DNA from: Mustelus asterias
Lineage: Eukaryota
Direction: 5' to 3'
Assembly (NCBI RefSeq): GCF_964213995.1
Contig: NC_135806.1
Coordinates: 79,794,001 to 79,858,000, forward strand
Length of the DNA stretch: 64,000 nt
In this document: piece after piece, positions 1-12,787 of the stretch
How positions within the stretch are numbered: the stretch's first letter is position 1
Layout of the letters: each line of letters opens with the position of its first letter
Notes under the pieces: generated by a model
What the model saw: the letters and a program-made list of their open reading frames with translations, nothing else
The model's database searches: none
Told to the model about the DNA's origin: nothing
Made by a program: the position numbers and the translations under genes

Positions 1-444
1 TGGCCTCTTTCTGTGCTGTAGGGTTTCTAAGATTATGGGCAGAATTCTCCTATTTGGGATTAAATCCCATGGCGGAGGAGGAAACGGAATTTGTTTCCTA
101 CTATAGTGGCCGGCAGGAAACCATACATATCTTCCAGCCCTGACCTCACTAAACCGAGGATTTAGTGCCATATTCCGTGGTGGGGTGGGCATGATGGCAT
201 GTGGCCCATCATCATATCTGGTGCTATATTGAAAAAATGCCCAACATCACTAACCCACCATTGAAGAAAGAAGTTGAATCTCAAAGAAAGAAAATGGATC
301 TCCAGGAACACTCTGAGTCTAAAGATTGACTCCTTGATGACACTAAATCTGGAAGATCCATTCACTATTGCAGTGATCCGGGTCCAGGGTTGCTGGTGGC
401 CTCCATCCCGAACTCCAGAGGCAGCTCCAGGCATTCTTCAGGTA

Positions 445-3010
445 AGAACATAAGAACATAAGAACTAGGAGCAGGAGTAGGCCGTCTGGCCCCTCAAGTC
501 TGTCCGCCATTCAATAAGATCATGGCTGATCTTTTTGTGGACTCAGCTCCACTTACCCGCCCACTCACCATAACCCTGAATTCCTTTACTGTTCAAAAAT
601 TTATCTATCCTTGCCTTAAAAACATTCAATGAGGTAGCCTCAACTGGGCAGGGAATTTCACAGATTCACAACCCTTTGTGTGAAGAAGTTCCTCCTCAAC
701 TCAGTCCTAAATCTGCTTCCCCTTATTTTGAGGCTTCGCCCCCTTGTTCTAGTTTCTCCTGCCAGTGGAAATGACTTCCCTGCTTCTATCTTATCTATTC
801 TCTTCATAATCTTATATGTTTCTATAAGATCTCCCCTCATTCCTCTGAATTCCAATGAGTATAGGCCTAGTCTACTCAGTCTCTCCTCATAAGCCAACCT
901 TCTCAACTCTGGAATCAACCTAGTGTATCTCCTCTGCACCCTCTCCATTGCCAATATATCCTTTCTCAAGTAAGGAGACCAAAACTGTACACAGTATTCC
1001 AGGTGTGGCCTCACCAGCACCTTCTACAGCTGCAACATAATCTCGCTGTTTTTAAACTCCATCCCTCTAACAATGAAGGACAAAATTCCAGTTGCCTTCT
1101 TAATTACCTGCTGCACCTGCAAACCAACTCCTTGAGATTCCTGCACAAGGACACCCAGGTCCCTCTGCAAAGCAGCATGCTGCAATTTTTTACCATTTAA
1201 ATAATAGTCCATTTTGCTGTTATTCCTACCAAAATGGATGACCTCACATTTATCAACATTGTACTCCATCTGCCAGACTCTCGCCCACTCACTTAGATTA
1301 TCTATATCCCTTTGCAGACTTTCAGTGTCCTCTGCACACTTTGCTCTTCCACCCATCTTAGTGTCATCTGCGAATTTTGACACACTACACTTGGTCCCCA
1401 ACTCCAAATCATCTATGTAAATTGTAAACAATTGCGGTCCCAACACTGATCCCTGAGGCACACCACTAGTCACTAATTGCCAACCCATTTACCCCCACTC
1501 TTTGCTTTCTGTTAGTTAACCAATCCTCTATCCATGCTAATACATTACCCGTAACACTGTGCACATTTATCTTATGTAGCAGTCTTTGGTGCGGCAACTT
1601 GTCAAATGCCTCCTGGAAATCCAGATACACCACATCCACAGGTTCCCCATTGTCCACTGCACATGCAATGTTCTCAAAGAATTCCACCAAATTAATCAAA
1701 CATGACCTGCCCTTCATGAACCCATGTTGCGTCTTACCAATGGGACAATTTATATCCAGATGTCTTGCCATTTCTTCCTTGATGATAGATTCAAGCATTT
1801 TCCCTATTACAGAAGTTAAGCTAACCGGCTTATAGTTACCTGCCTTTTGTCTACCTCCTTTTTTAAACAGTGGCGTCACATTTGCTGTTTTCCAATCTGT
1901 GGGAAGCACCCCAGAGTCCAGCGAATTTTGGTAAATTACCACTGATGCATTTGCTATTTCTCCTGCCATCTCTTTTAGTACCCTGGGATGTATTCCATCA
2001 GGACCAGGAGACTTGTCAACCTTTAGCCCCATTAACTTTCCCAAGTTCTCTTTCGTGATAATGATAGTTTCTAGGCTCTCACCTGCCATTGCCTTCCTGC
2101 CATCAATTTTTGGCATGTTATTTGTGTCGTCCACTGTGAAGACTGGTACAAAATACCTGTTCAATGTCTCAGCCATTTTCTCATTTCCAGTTATTACATC
2201 CCCCTTCTCATCCTCTAAAGGACCAATGTTTACTTTCGCCACTCTTTTTCATTTTATATATTTGTAGAAACTTTTGCTATCTGTTTTTATATTCTGAGCT
2301 AGTTTACTCTCATAATCCATCTTACTTTTCTTTATAGCTTTTTTCGTGGCTTTCTGCTGACCTTTAAAGATTTCCCAATCCTCTAGGTTCCCACTAATCT
2401 TTGCCACTTTGTATGCATTTTCTTTCAATTTGATACCCTCCTTTATTTCCTTAGATATCCATAGCTGATTATCTCTTTTTCTACAGTCCTTCCTTATCAC
2501 TGGTATATACTTTTGCTGAGCACTGTGAAAGATCGTTTTGAAAGTCCTCCACTGTTCCTCAATTGTCCCACCATAACGTTTTTGCTCCCTGTCTACCTTA
2601 GTCAACTCCTCCCTCATCCCTTTATAGTCTCCTTTGTTTAAGCGCAAGACACTGGTATTGGATTTTACCTTCTCACGCTCCATCTGTATTTTAAATTCAA
2701 CCATACTGTGATCACTTAGAAACAGAAAAACTACAGCACAAAACAGGCCCTTCAGCCCCACAAGTTGTGCCGAACATATCCCTACCTTTCAGGCCATAGA
2801 AACATAGAACTTCTTCAAGAGGATCCCTAACTGCAAGATCATTAATTATTCCCGTCTCATCTCAGATCTAGGATAGCTTGCTCCCTTGTCGGTTCCATTA
2901 CATACTGTTCAAGGAAGCTATCGCGGATACATTCTATGAACTCCTCCTCAAGGCTGCCTTGACCGACCTGGTTTGATCAATTGATATGTAGATTAAAATC
3001 CCCCATGATT
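445..3010 (-). mobile_element. CR1-clade LINE, 5'-truncated ORF2 (RT), frameshifted
   Basis: Minus ORFs 2249-2761, 1466-2242, 1024-1488 and 658-1020 carry [30 protein letters not shown] and [11 protein letters not shown] motifs. The microsatellite tail (aagaacat)n lies at 445-465. Short internal deletion near 1480. Confidence 0.95.
2718..2809 (-). mobile_element. 3' tail fragment of another CR1-like family nested in the CR1
   Basis: agaaacagaaaaactacagcacaaaacaggcccttcagcccc...atagaaacatagaa interrupts the ORF2 sequence. Confidence 0.6.
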
Positions 3011-3234
3011 TTTATAAGCATAAGCCTCAACTTATGCTTATATATTGTTCCAGATGTGTTCTTGCAGGATACAAATCAGTTTCACACTGGCAACTAGTGG
3101 GTTTCCCGATCTGCCATGGTGGGCACCAGTGGAAGATCCCACTGGAAATTCACACTGGCAAAAAATTGGCTTTTGGACCCCTACCAAATTCTCTGCCTGG
3201 CCACCATTGAACCCACTAGTGGGAAAAATGGAAT

Positions 3235-3390
3235 AAAGAATTCCAAGATCAGCAATGTGGGACTGGAGGCTTCATTGGTAGAGGTGGACAGCAGGAGAGA
3301 CACGATGGTTCAGTGGGGCATAAGGCCCTTAAGGTCCAGACATCAGAAATGATTAGATGCAGGTGGCTCAGGTGGTAAACTCTCAGGGAA
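3235..3390 (+). mobile_element. PIF/Harbinger Myb/SANT-like ORF relic
   Basis: SKISNVGLEASLVEVDSRRDTM...QVAQVVNS resembles the N-terminus of the Harbinger Myb/SANT DNA-binding protein. Confidence 0.55.
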
Positions 3391-4479
3391 GTTGCTCCTT
3401 TTAGCTCATTTACATTTTAGTTTACATATTTCATTTTGCAGTACAGAACTTCCAAAGAAAATCATGGGGGACAGATTCCCAAAGTGCATTTCTCACTGAT
3501 ATGGCTCTATGACAGGAGAACAATCTGAAAGGATTGCTTGTAATCATGCCATTTAAACGCATATCACTTTGATGCTATTTGCATGATGGCACCTTTTTGA
3601 TCACAAATTAGGTTTGATTCAAGTCTCTATGAACACTTAGCTTTACACTTATGTGAGTGCATTAATAATTCTCGTCCTGATCAAATGGCTATTTCCACAC
3701 TTTAGACATTTGGAAATGATATATACTAAAAGCATTTATCAGTTGCTATATAAATGAATACAAATTGTCTAAGTCTTATTCTGAAGTTCCCATTTTCTTT
3801 TCACTGTCTGAACTTCAATTAAGATACTTACACTGCATTCCCATCAGAAAATTGAATAACAGTGTTACATCATATTTAATGGTTTAACAGCCTTTGATTG
3901 TAGATTTGTATAGCTTTTAACATTTAACTGTCAGAAGTGACTTGAAAATAATTGAACACATGACAAAAAACTGAAATACTGCAATTAAAACAATGTTTTC
4001 CTTTCTATTTCAAATCCAATTTCCAAAGAATTTCTGATGAATATACAATTCCATATTCCAAACCAATAGAAAAAAATCTTTCTGGATTATACTTATTTAG
4101 TCATTGCTTCAAATTAATTTAGCAAGATCATCAGTAAGAATAATGTGCTGAGGGGAGATTTCTCCTCTCATGGTAAGAGTTATTTTGTGGAAATTGGAAA
4201 TGCCAAAGAAAGAAAATCGCTTCACAAAATATCTGTGCTCAGATTGATTCCTAGCCATAAGTTCAACCCATAACCAGGGCGCATGAAACCTACCTATAAA
4301 AATGTGTTGTCATTTCTCTTTATAGTATTGAGGGGTCATTAGTCATTCAGTAAAACATACTATTCTATTATATTTAAATTAAAACAACATGATAATATCG
4401 ACCACCATAGTGGGGGCAAGGATTTTAACAAAAATTTAAACATCAGGCAAAAATAACAACTTGTGTTATGCAGTAGAAT

Positions 4480-5400
4480 CTGAAATTCAAGATCCTAATA
4501 TGCTAATGGGTGGGTTTGACAGCATGTTTCCCGTTGGGTATCATTTGGAAAATAGTGCCAGATTTCACACTTGGAAGCTCATTAATTATGCATCAACGAG
4601 TAGCTCTCTGAATCACATGGTGAAGCAGGAAGTGATCCACTGGCCCTACTGCTACGTAATAGGGTCAAAGATCTGGGCGCCATATTTAAATGCTACCTGA
4701 ACACACACATTACTCATAACATGCAGGAAACTATTGCTGTAAGCTCCTCATCCATGGAGTTCACCGGCACTGGGACACCCTTTTCCCCTGGGATGGCTCT
4801 AGGAGGCCACCAGCCTCACCTTGCCAGCCGAGGAGGTGGTTGCAATGGAAGTCAGCATGTGGAGCCCTCACCTGAGAAATGCCATCCACTGCAGGAAGAG
4901 GGTGAATGATCTCATCCACTCCGCCAAGGTAAATCAAACCTCAGCTCACTCCAATCTCACATTCTCATAATGGCATCACACACTCAAAGAGTTCCACTGC
5001 TCATGGATCTCATACAATATTAACAGGGAAACATCACTACTGACTGTCTCACAGACGCTTTAACATCACCAGCATTTCATCTATCATGCTGCACAAACTC
5101 TATTCTCAACCATTATTGGATGGGCTCAGCACACACAGCAGGTACACGTGCTTCCCAACTTCTCTTCCATCTCTTCCCATCACACTTAATTCCATTTATC
5201 ATCATAAAGGCCAAACTCACCCACAATTGCAGGGTGATATCCCAGATGGGAGGAGGGATGGCAGACATCTAGAAACGATCCCAGTTTGAAGGGGATGCCA
5301 TCGAGCTGGCAGGCAAAGATAAAAATAACTCCTGTGGGAATCTATATGGTCTCTAATTGGAGGGTGACCCAAGTTCCCACTCCATGATCACCTCCATTTG
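4480..5400 (+). mobile_element. PIF/Harbinger relic with Myb/SANT-like exon
   Basis: About 4887-4930 translates as HCRKRVNDLIHSAK followed by gtaa, matching the QCRKKxNDL helix of Myb/SANT-like domains. Boundaries are approximate. Confidence 0.6.
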
Positions 5401-5696
5401 TGAGCCTTACATTCATGTGAGGTGTAGCTGAGTCATGATAGTTACTGGACTCTTGTGTTACGTCAGGGAGATGTGTCAAACTCTTTACTGGAAGTATTTG
5501 CTAAATACATTATTAACCTCTACCCCTTACAAGACAACATGAAGTTAGGTGTTCTGAATAGCCTTGGAGGGTTAGCTGTGATTGTTTCTCAAAATGAGGT
5601 GGATTCTTCATTGATAGTTCCAAAGCACGAGACCTGCAGCCATGATGGTCTCCCCAACCATGCGCACATCTGTGTCCAGGAAAGGTTTCTCATTAA

Positions 5697-5996
5697 AGTA
5701 GCACAGTGGTTAGCACTGCTGCCTTGTAGTGCCAGGGACCCGGGTTCGACTCCCGGCTTGGGTCACTGTCTGTGCAGAGTCTGCACATTCTCCCCGTGTC
5801 TACGTGTGTTTCCTCCGGGTGCTCCGGTTTCCTCCTACAGTCCGAAAGATATGTTGGTTAGGTGCATTGGTCATGCTAAATTCTCCCTCAGTGTACCCGA
5901 ACAGGTGCCGGAGTGTGGCGAGTAGGGGATTTTCACAGTAACTTCATTGAAGTATTAATGTAAGCCTATTTGTGATACTAATAAACAAACTTTAAA
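5697..5996 (+). mobile_element. tRNA-derived V-SINE (HE1-like head and core, alternative tail B)
   Basis: A box gcacagtggttagc, B box ggttcgactcc, V-core, then tail ...ggggattttcacagtaacttcattg...aataaa. Confidence 0.9.
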
Positions 5997-6644
5997 CCTA
6001 AAAAAAATCTGAAGTGACGATGGCTGCATCAAGTCCTTTGCACTGTGTGCCGATTTTCACTTCCCAGAGCTCACAGGTATAGAGTTTACCGTTGACCTTT
6101 CCAAAAGCTGTGATCTCGTGAATAATGAGGATTGAAGGGCCAAGTCTGAATGCTGAACTCAATGTTACTTGTTGTAAAGGCCTTTCAGTGCACTTAGCAT
6201 GGCTCTAAGGGACAGAAAGAATGTGGCTGTTGTCTGCCCCTTACTCCTCCTGGAATCTTGTGGCTATCAGTGTGCCCAGACACGGGCACGTCATACAGAG
6301 CCCACTACTGAGAACTGACACTGCCAGGACTGGTGGAGCTGTCACCAATCAGATTGACTGGCAGCTCCTGAGGGCAGGACTTCCTCCTACTGAAGACTGA
6401 AACCCCACTGTTAAATAATTCAGCCTGTCCACGGTGTTTTATGGCTATGGGCCAGACTTCCTCGGTGTGTGTTAGCTTCCGGCTAATTTCCCTTTCTGGG
6501 TGGGAGTTGGGGAGTTGCAGTCAGCCCCTCGCTTCCGCCTCCCTCAACCCTTAAAATACAACCCATAAGTTAAATCCTACACATGGATTCAGCACCTGAG
6601 CTATGTCATTAAAAATAATCAGTTATGCACAATATATAACAAAT

Positions 6645-7205
6645 GACAAGACATTGGTAAGGTCACACTTGGAATACTGTGTACAGTTCTGGTCACCCTA
6701 TTATAGAAAGGATATTATTAAACTAGAAAGAGTGCAGAAAAGATTTACTAGGATGCTACCGGGACTTGATGGTTTGAGTTATAAGGAGAGGCTGGATAGA
6801 CTGGGACTTTTTTCTCTGGAGCGTAGCAGGCTGAGGTCTATAAAATAATGAGGGGCACAGATCAGCTAGATAGTCAATATCTTTCCCCAAAGGTAGGGGA
6901 GTCTAAAACTAGAGGGCATAGGTTTAAGGTGAGAGGGAAGAGATATAAAAGTGTCCAGAGGGGCAATTATTTCACACAGAGGGTGGTGAGTATCTGGAAC
7001 AAGCTGCCAGAGATAGTAGTAGAGACGGATATAATTTTGTCTTTTAAAAAGCATTTAGATAGTTACATGGGTAAGATGGGTATAGAGGGATATAGGCCAA
7101 ATGCGGGCAATTGGGATTAGCTTAGGGGTTTAAAAAAAAAGGGCGGCATGGACAAGTTGGGTCGAAGGGCCTGTTTCCATGCTGTAAACCTCTATGAGTC
7201 TATGA
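6645..7205 (+). mobile_element. CR1 (HER1-like) LINE 3' fragment
   Basis: [17 protein letters not shown] motif; 3' UTR ends in ctctatga repeats. Confidence 0.93.
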
Positions 7206-8099
7206 CCGGTGTTTTACTTTTATATAAAGAAAATAATTATGAAAAGTGCACATTATTAAATAACAATAGGGCAGCACAAATACATGTAATTTCACTTCTA
7301 TGGTATTTGAGCTTATGTGCATTTTTGACATTTGGAAGAACAGCTACTTTAGCGAACTACTGAAATTTTATATGTTTATATTAAGTGTTTAGTTTTGCAA
7401 AAGGTTGCTGCTGATTAACTACGTTGATTTAATTTTTTAAACCACTTTCTCTGAAATCACCAACAATACTTGGAAATCATTCGAATCATTAAACTAACTA
7501 ATGCCAAGTCTGACCTGGACCTGCTTCTATTTTTCTGCTTACATTTCTCAGAACTGGCTTTCAGTGAAGCCATAATAAGCAAAAATCCTTGCTGCTCTAT
7601 ATTAATTTCTGGAGCCCATGTTTTTAAATTAAAGCATTACTCAGTATACTGGCACAAGAAATCGTCTAATGATGCGTTTTCACCATATATGTAAATACTT
7701 ATCCATTTTATGAAAACTAATACACAATGGAAAATAAGCCCCAGTAGCTTCTGTTCATATATTAATTCCAAACTCACTTTCTTGAATATTCCCAGGGCGA
7801 CTACGTAGCTAAACTCTTTTGCAACTTCAGTCATTTACACACAAACAAGTCAGGGAACGGAATATCTGGAAAAATGTTTAACTCTGAGTTTTACACGGAA
7901 CTGACTGAAGCATCAACTGCAAAGCTGAACTTCCTTCTGAGATAGAGGCTGGTGTCTGACCTCAAGGAAGAAGAGGCAGGGTGTCTATAAAAGACAAAAG
8001 ATACATCATATGAGCTCTTCCTCATCACTTCTTGCTTCATCAGCCAGGTGGGCAGCATTACATACTGTCAGTCTCACTGGACTAGGAAATGTGTTTTCC

Positions 8100-8440
8100 A
8101 CAAAGGAAGTTTGCCGAAATGGGCGCAGGACCTTCACACATGCACCATATGGAGGAAAGGCACCAGCAGCAGTGTACAGCTAGAGCCAGGATACCCAGGC
8201 ATGAGATGGCAGAGCCCACAGACGGACCAGCAAGACAGAGGAAGGTTAGATGTTCCCCTGAGCAATGGGTGTACAGGAACAGTTTCAGCTTCCTGGACAT
8301 GTCTGAGAGGCAGTGTTGGCAAAGGCATAGGCTGTCTCAGGATATGGTCAGATAAATCTGTGCCATATTGGAGTCAGACCTCATGTCTCAAAGAATTGGG
8401 GTATACACCCTTCCAATAGCAGTTAAAGTCATCATTGTGA
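8100..8440 (+). mobile_element. Harbinger/HARBI1-like transposase N-terminal relic
   Basis: WVYRNSFSFLDMSERQCWQRHRLSQDMVR..ICAILESDL...LPIAVKV resembles the Harbinger DDE transposase N-terminus. Confidence 0.7.
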
Positions 8441-8919
8441 CGTTAGATTACCTTTAAGAAATTTTTTTTAAAAATCATGGTCTCTGCAGCTCTCAGCTCT
8501 CATTGTTGCCGAGTTGTCTGTAGAAGTCCTTTTATTGCTACTTAAACGGGGGTGGTTTATTTTTACTCTGGGATCTTTTATGACCCTGCATTGTTAAGAG
8601 GAAGGTCACATCTTTTAGACTTCTTTTTTCCCTCCTAGTGAATTTAAGGTTTCATTTTCAGTTTTGGCTGGCAGCAATTTTAGTTTAGAAGGGACATCAA
8701 GCTGAAAAGAAGTATTTTTCTCTCCCTGGTATTGGAAATTCTGCTGGTTAGCTGAAAGCAAGGCTTCTTGCCTTCGAGAATCTGCTGTTGGTGGCTTGAC
8801 CCGAGTCTCTCCCTGGTGTTCTGGGAAGCTATTCTGACTCCAAGTCTGTCTGTGTGTGCCTCAAGAGAACTGCAGCATTCAACAAAAGGACTCAGTTCCA
8901 CCTCGCATACCTAAACATC

Positions 8920-9865
8920 TCATGTTTAGGTATGCCTGATGCTGCTCCTGGCATGTCCTCCTGCACTCGTCATTGAATCAAGCTGATTCCCCGACTTGAT
9001 GGTCTTGGTAGAGTGGGAGTTATGCTGGGCCATGAGGTTAAATGTTATGGTGGTATACAAGTCTCTTGCTGCTGATTCCCCACGTCTATATTTTGTGTGC
9101 TTATAATTATGGATCACATATGACAGCCAGTGGAGTACTATGGGTTAGTGCCAGTAGTGTTATTATGTGCAGACCGGCAGTTCAGACTGGGCTGCAAAAT
9201 AATTTTCATCATTGGAAAGGGCACAACACTGAAGGTTGCTCAGCTCCCTGTTTTATTACAGTTGAAATGGAAGTCTGCAGCAGAGTCTTGGAAGGACACA
9301 ACTGCATAAAAGTTGAGGGCCATGGTGTTATAATTCAGGTCAGAAACTCCAAAGCATTTTATGAAGCCCGCCTGGATCATAAGTTTTGCACTTTGAATTT
9401 GGCTAGGATAATCATGAGATTTTTCACTTCAGGTATGATTCAAATGACCTACTAGAGAGCTTTTATCAAAGAAAGTTTATTTCAGAATACAGTTAAAATG
9501 GATGAAAAGAAAATTATCAATAACTTTTATCAACTACAAATAAAAACAAAACAGCCAAGATAATGTATATCTCTTAACAGATATATCAAAAATGTTCCAA
9601 TTACACAAAAACTTCCTATAGACAAAAACCTTTTCCATAGGTTTAACACAATAAAATTAATGCTCATAAAATGCTTTGGAGTTTCTGACCTGAATTATAA
9701 CACCATGGCCCTCAACTTTTATGCAAACACCTCCACTTCTGACCTGATGTTGAGGGGATTGTCATTGAAGCAGCTGAGGATGATTGAGACGAGGACACTA
9801 CCCTGAGGAAGTTCTGCAATGATGTCCTGGAGCTGAGATTATTAACCTCCAATAATCACAACTAT
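8920..9865 (-). mobile_element. Old LINE fragments (8920-9083 and 9727-9865) split by an insertion
   Basis: Degenerate CR1/L2-like sequence flanks an unrelated AT-rich block. Confidence 0.45.
9303..9725. repeat. 62-bp perfect inverted repeat pair flanking a 299-bp AT-rich spacer
   Basis: 9303-9364 is the exact reverse complement of 9664-9725. Confidence 0.9.
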
Positions 9866-9867
9866 CA

Positions 9868-10035
9868 TGGGTGGGATTCTCTGGCCGCACTCACCCCAAA
9901 ACCGGAAAATCCCTCCCGACATCAATGGCCCGCTCCGCCTCCCTCCCCCTCCCCCACACCCCCCTCCCACCGTCCCCCCCACACCCCCCCCGCCCGCTAC
10001 GATTCCTGTGGCGGGCGGGACGCGAGAATTCCTCC
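9868..10035. mobile_element. MITE-like element (GGGYGGRATT...AATTCC termini)
   Basis: Homologous to copies at 18832-18959 and 28712-28836; imperfect terminal inverted repeats. Confidence 0.65.
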
Positions 10036-10769
10036 TCTTATTTTCTATTCGATACAACTCCAACCAGTGAAGGTATTCTGGACAGGAGGGGGATTAATTT
10101 AAACAATCCTGATTTCTCCTCCCACTACCCATCAATAAACAAAGGTGTTTTGTTTTTGATTTCCCCTTTGTAATTGGTGGCAAATTTTCCCCAACCCCTC
10201 TGTTTTGGTGTACTCCAATTTTGATTAAAAACCCCAGAGCAAACTCGAGATAGTGTAAAATCAGAGGATTAATTGATCTGTACACACTCAAATGCAGAAG
10301 GAGAGTTATCACTACATAGTTCCTAGTACATTCATACAGTAACAGAGGGATCAAGAAAAGGAGATATAGGGCAAAGACCACAAAAAAGATAATTTTACTG
10401 ATTCACGTGAGTCCAGAATCAGAGTCCAATGGTGTATTGTCTCAGGGTTGGGTTGACAGGTTGAAAACTGATGCTGGATAATTCACTTCTCCAACACTGA
10501 TGACTTCCATTTTAAGATGCACACAAAGAGAGATGAATTAATCTTGTAGGCACTGGCACAGAAGGTCAGGAGGCCCAGTTGAAATGGTGTTGATTGTGGC
10601 CAGGCATTTATCTGTACTGAACCATTGTTCTAAGCTGTTCCTTGATTGATGAAACTGAATTGGGCAAACCATATCAATACTGTGACTACAAGAACAGGTT
10701 AGAGGTTGAGAATTAAATTAGATAGCAATCTTACATAATTTTCCTTAACCAGGCATGGTCACAGAACAG

Positions 10770-11445
10770 CCAGCAGTGCACAGAAATGCACAGAAGCAAT
10801 AAGACAGGAACAGGCCACTTGGCCGTACTTATCCATGCTAGTAAGTGCCCGACATGAGAATAAATACTTCTGGCAAGTATCCATATTCCTTCAACCTTTT
10901 TTTGATTTTTTTCCACCTATCCAAACTAATCTTTAATGTTGGCATAATTTCAGCATCAGCAACTAATCCAAGTAATTAATTTTAGTTTCATTACTCTCTG
11001 TACGATTAAGTTTTTACCTGTCCTTATTCTGAAGTTGTAATATTTTATATCCATGGCCCTTATTATAATCTCCTCAAATATTGGAAGGACTATATTTCAA
11101 TTTACGATGTTCCATTCTTTCATAATTTTGAGTCCTTATATTACAATCATATTGCCCTGTAAATCTGTTATTCTAGCAGGCACTTCATCAACTCTTTCTA
11201 CTTTGTATTTTCCAGACCAGGCAGCATCTGCACTGTATTCTCTCTTGACTTTCTTCGCTATAGAGCTAAATACTGTACACGGTACACTAATTCAGCTCTT
11301 ACTGAAGTTTTATATATGTTCATCATTACCTCCCATATCTCTGGTGATAAAACCTATAATTCCATTAGCTTTATTTATAGCCTTATCAACCTGAGGTTCT
11401 GTCTTTAATGTTCCATGAAGCCATAGCCCTAAATCCCTCTGCTTT
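10770..11445 (-). mobile_element. Ancient CR1 3' fragment
   Basis: Degenerate match to the ORF2 C-terminus and 3' UTR of the other CR1 copies in the window. Confidence 0.55.
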
Positions 11446-11949
11446 GCATGAAATGAACCTATTTTATCCTTATTTTAAAGATTCTAATCAATATTAAGCT
11501 GATTGGCTGTAATTACTTGGATTAGCTTTGTCCTTTTTTTATAACAAAAATTACGACATTAATACAAAAATATTGTGCAAAAGACTAATTAACACAGAGT
11601 CATTTTTCTATTTCTGACTGAGCAGGTGAAACAAAGCATTTGACGTCTATGAAATTGAAGCATTTTCTCCACTGCAATTTTGAGTTTGACCTTTTGTTTG
11701 GACAGTGTTTGATATATTTGGGGTGGCACGATGGCACAGTGGTTAGCACTGCTATCTCACAGCTCCAGGGTCAATTCCAACCTTGGGTGACTCTCTGTGT
11801 GGAGTTTGCACGTTCTCCCCATGTCTGTGTGGGTTTCCTCTGGGTGCTCTGGTTTCCTCCACACTCCAAAGATGTGCAGGTTAGTTAATTCCAGTAAGAA
11901 GTCTCACAACACCAGGTTAAAGTCCAACAGGTTTATTTGGTAGCAAATA

Positions 11950-11986
11950 CCATAAGCTTTCGGAGCACAGCTCCTTCGTCAGATGG
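11950..11986 (-). ncRNA. Minimal type I hammerhead ribozyme (mirror copy)
   Basis: Reverse complement of 12751-12787. Confidence 0.8.
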
Positions 11987-12750
11987 GGTGGATATTTATT
12001 CTCCAACAGTGCACAGACACAGAAATGAAGTTACAGAATACTAATTAGAATGCAAATCTCTACAGCCAGCCAGGTCTTAAAGGTACAGATAATGTGGGTG
12101 GAGGGAGCATTCAACACAGGTTAAAGAGATGTGTATTGTCTCCAGACAAAACAGCTAGTGAGATTCTACAAGCCCAGGAGGCAAGCTGTGGGGGTTACTG
12201 ATAATGTGACATAAATCCAACATCCCGGTTTAGGCCGTCCTCGTGTGTGCGGAACTTGGCTATCAGTTTCTGCTCAGCGACTCTGCGCTGTCGTGTGTCG
12301 TGAAGGCCGCCTTGGAGAACGCTTACCTGAAGATCCAAGGCTGAATGCCCGTGACTGCTGAAGTGCTCCCCCACTTCAGCAGTCACGGGCATTCAGCCTT
12401 GGATCTTCAGGTAAGCGTTCTCCAAGGCAGCCTTCACGACACACGACAGCGCAGAGTCGCTGAGCAGAAACTGATAGCCAAGTTCCGCACACACGAGGAC
12501 GGCCTAAACCGGGATGTTGGATTTATGTCACATTATCAGTAACCCCCACAGCTTGCCTCCTGGGCTTGTAGAATCTCACTAGCTGTTTTGTCTGGAGACA
12601 ATACACATCTCTTTAACCTGTGTTGAATGCTCCCTCCACCCACATTATCTGTACCTTTAAGACCTGGCTGGCTGTGGAGATTTGCATTCTAATTAGTATT
12701 CTGTAACTTCATTTCTGTGTCTGTGCACTGTTGGAGAATAAATATCCACC

Positions 12751-12787
12751 CCATCTGACGAAGGAGCTGTGCTCCGAAAGCTTATGG
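12751..12787 (+). ncRNA. Minimal type I hammerhead ribozyme in the Penelope pLTR
   Basis: CCAT-CTGACGA-A-GGAGC-TGT-GCTCC-GAA-AGCT-T-ATGG: conserved core, stem I, stem II, and a palindromic AGCT in place of stem III. Confidence 0.85.

Noticed and set aside
5697-5770. tRNA gene
   Set aside because: The A and B boxes continue directly into the SINE core, as in about ten other copies.
5455-5925. 156-aa ORF
   Set aside because: The C-terminal half is SINE sequence and no domain is recognisable.
12195-12542. Two near-identical 65-aa genes on opposite strands
   Set aside because: They are mirror images of one truncated GIY-YIG fragment, created by the palindrome.
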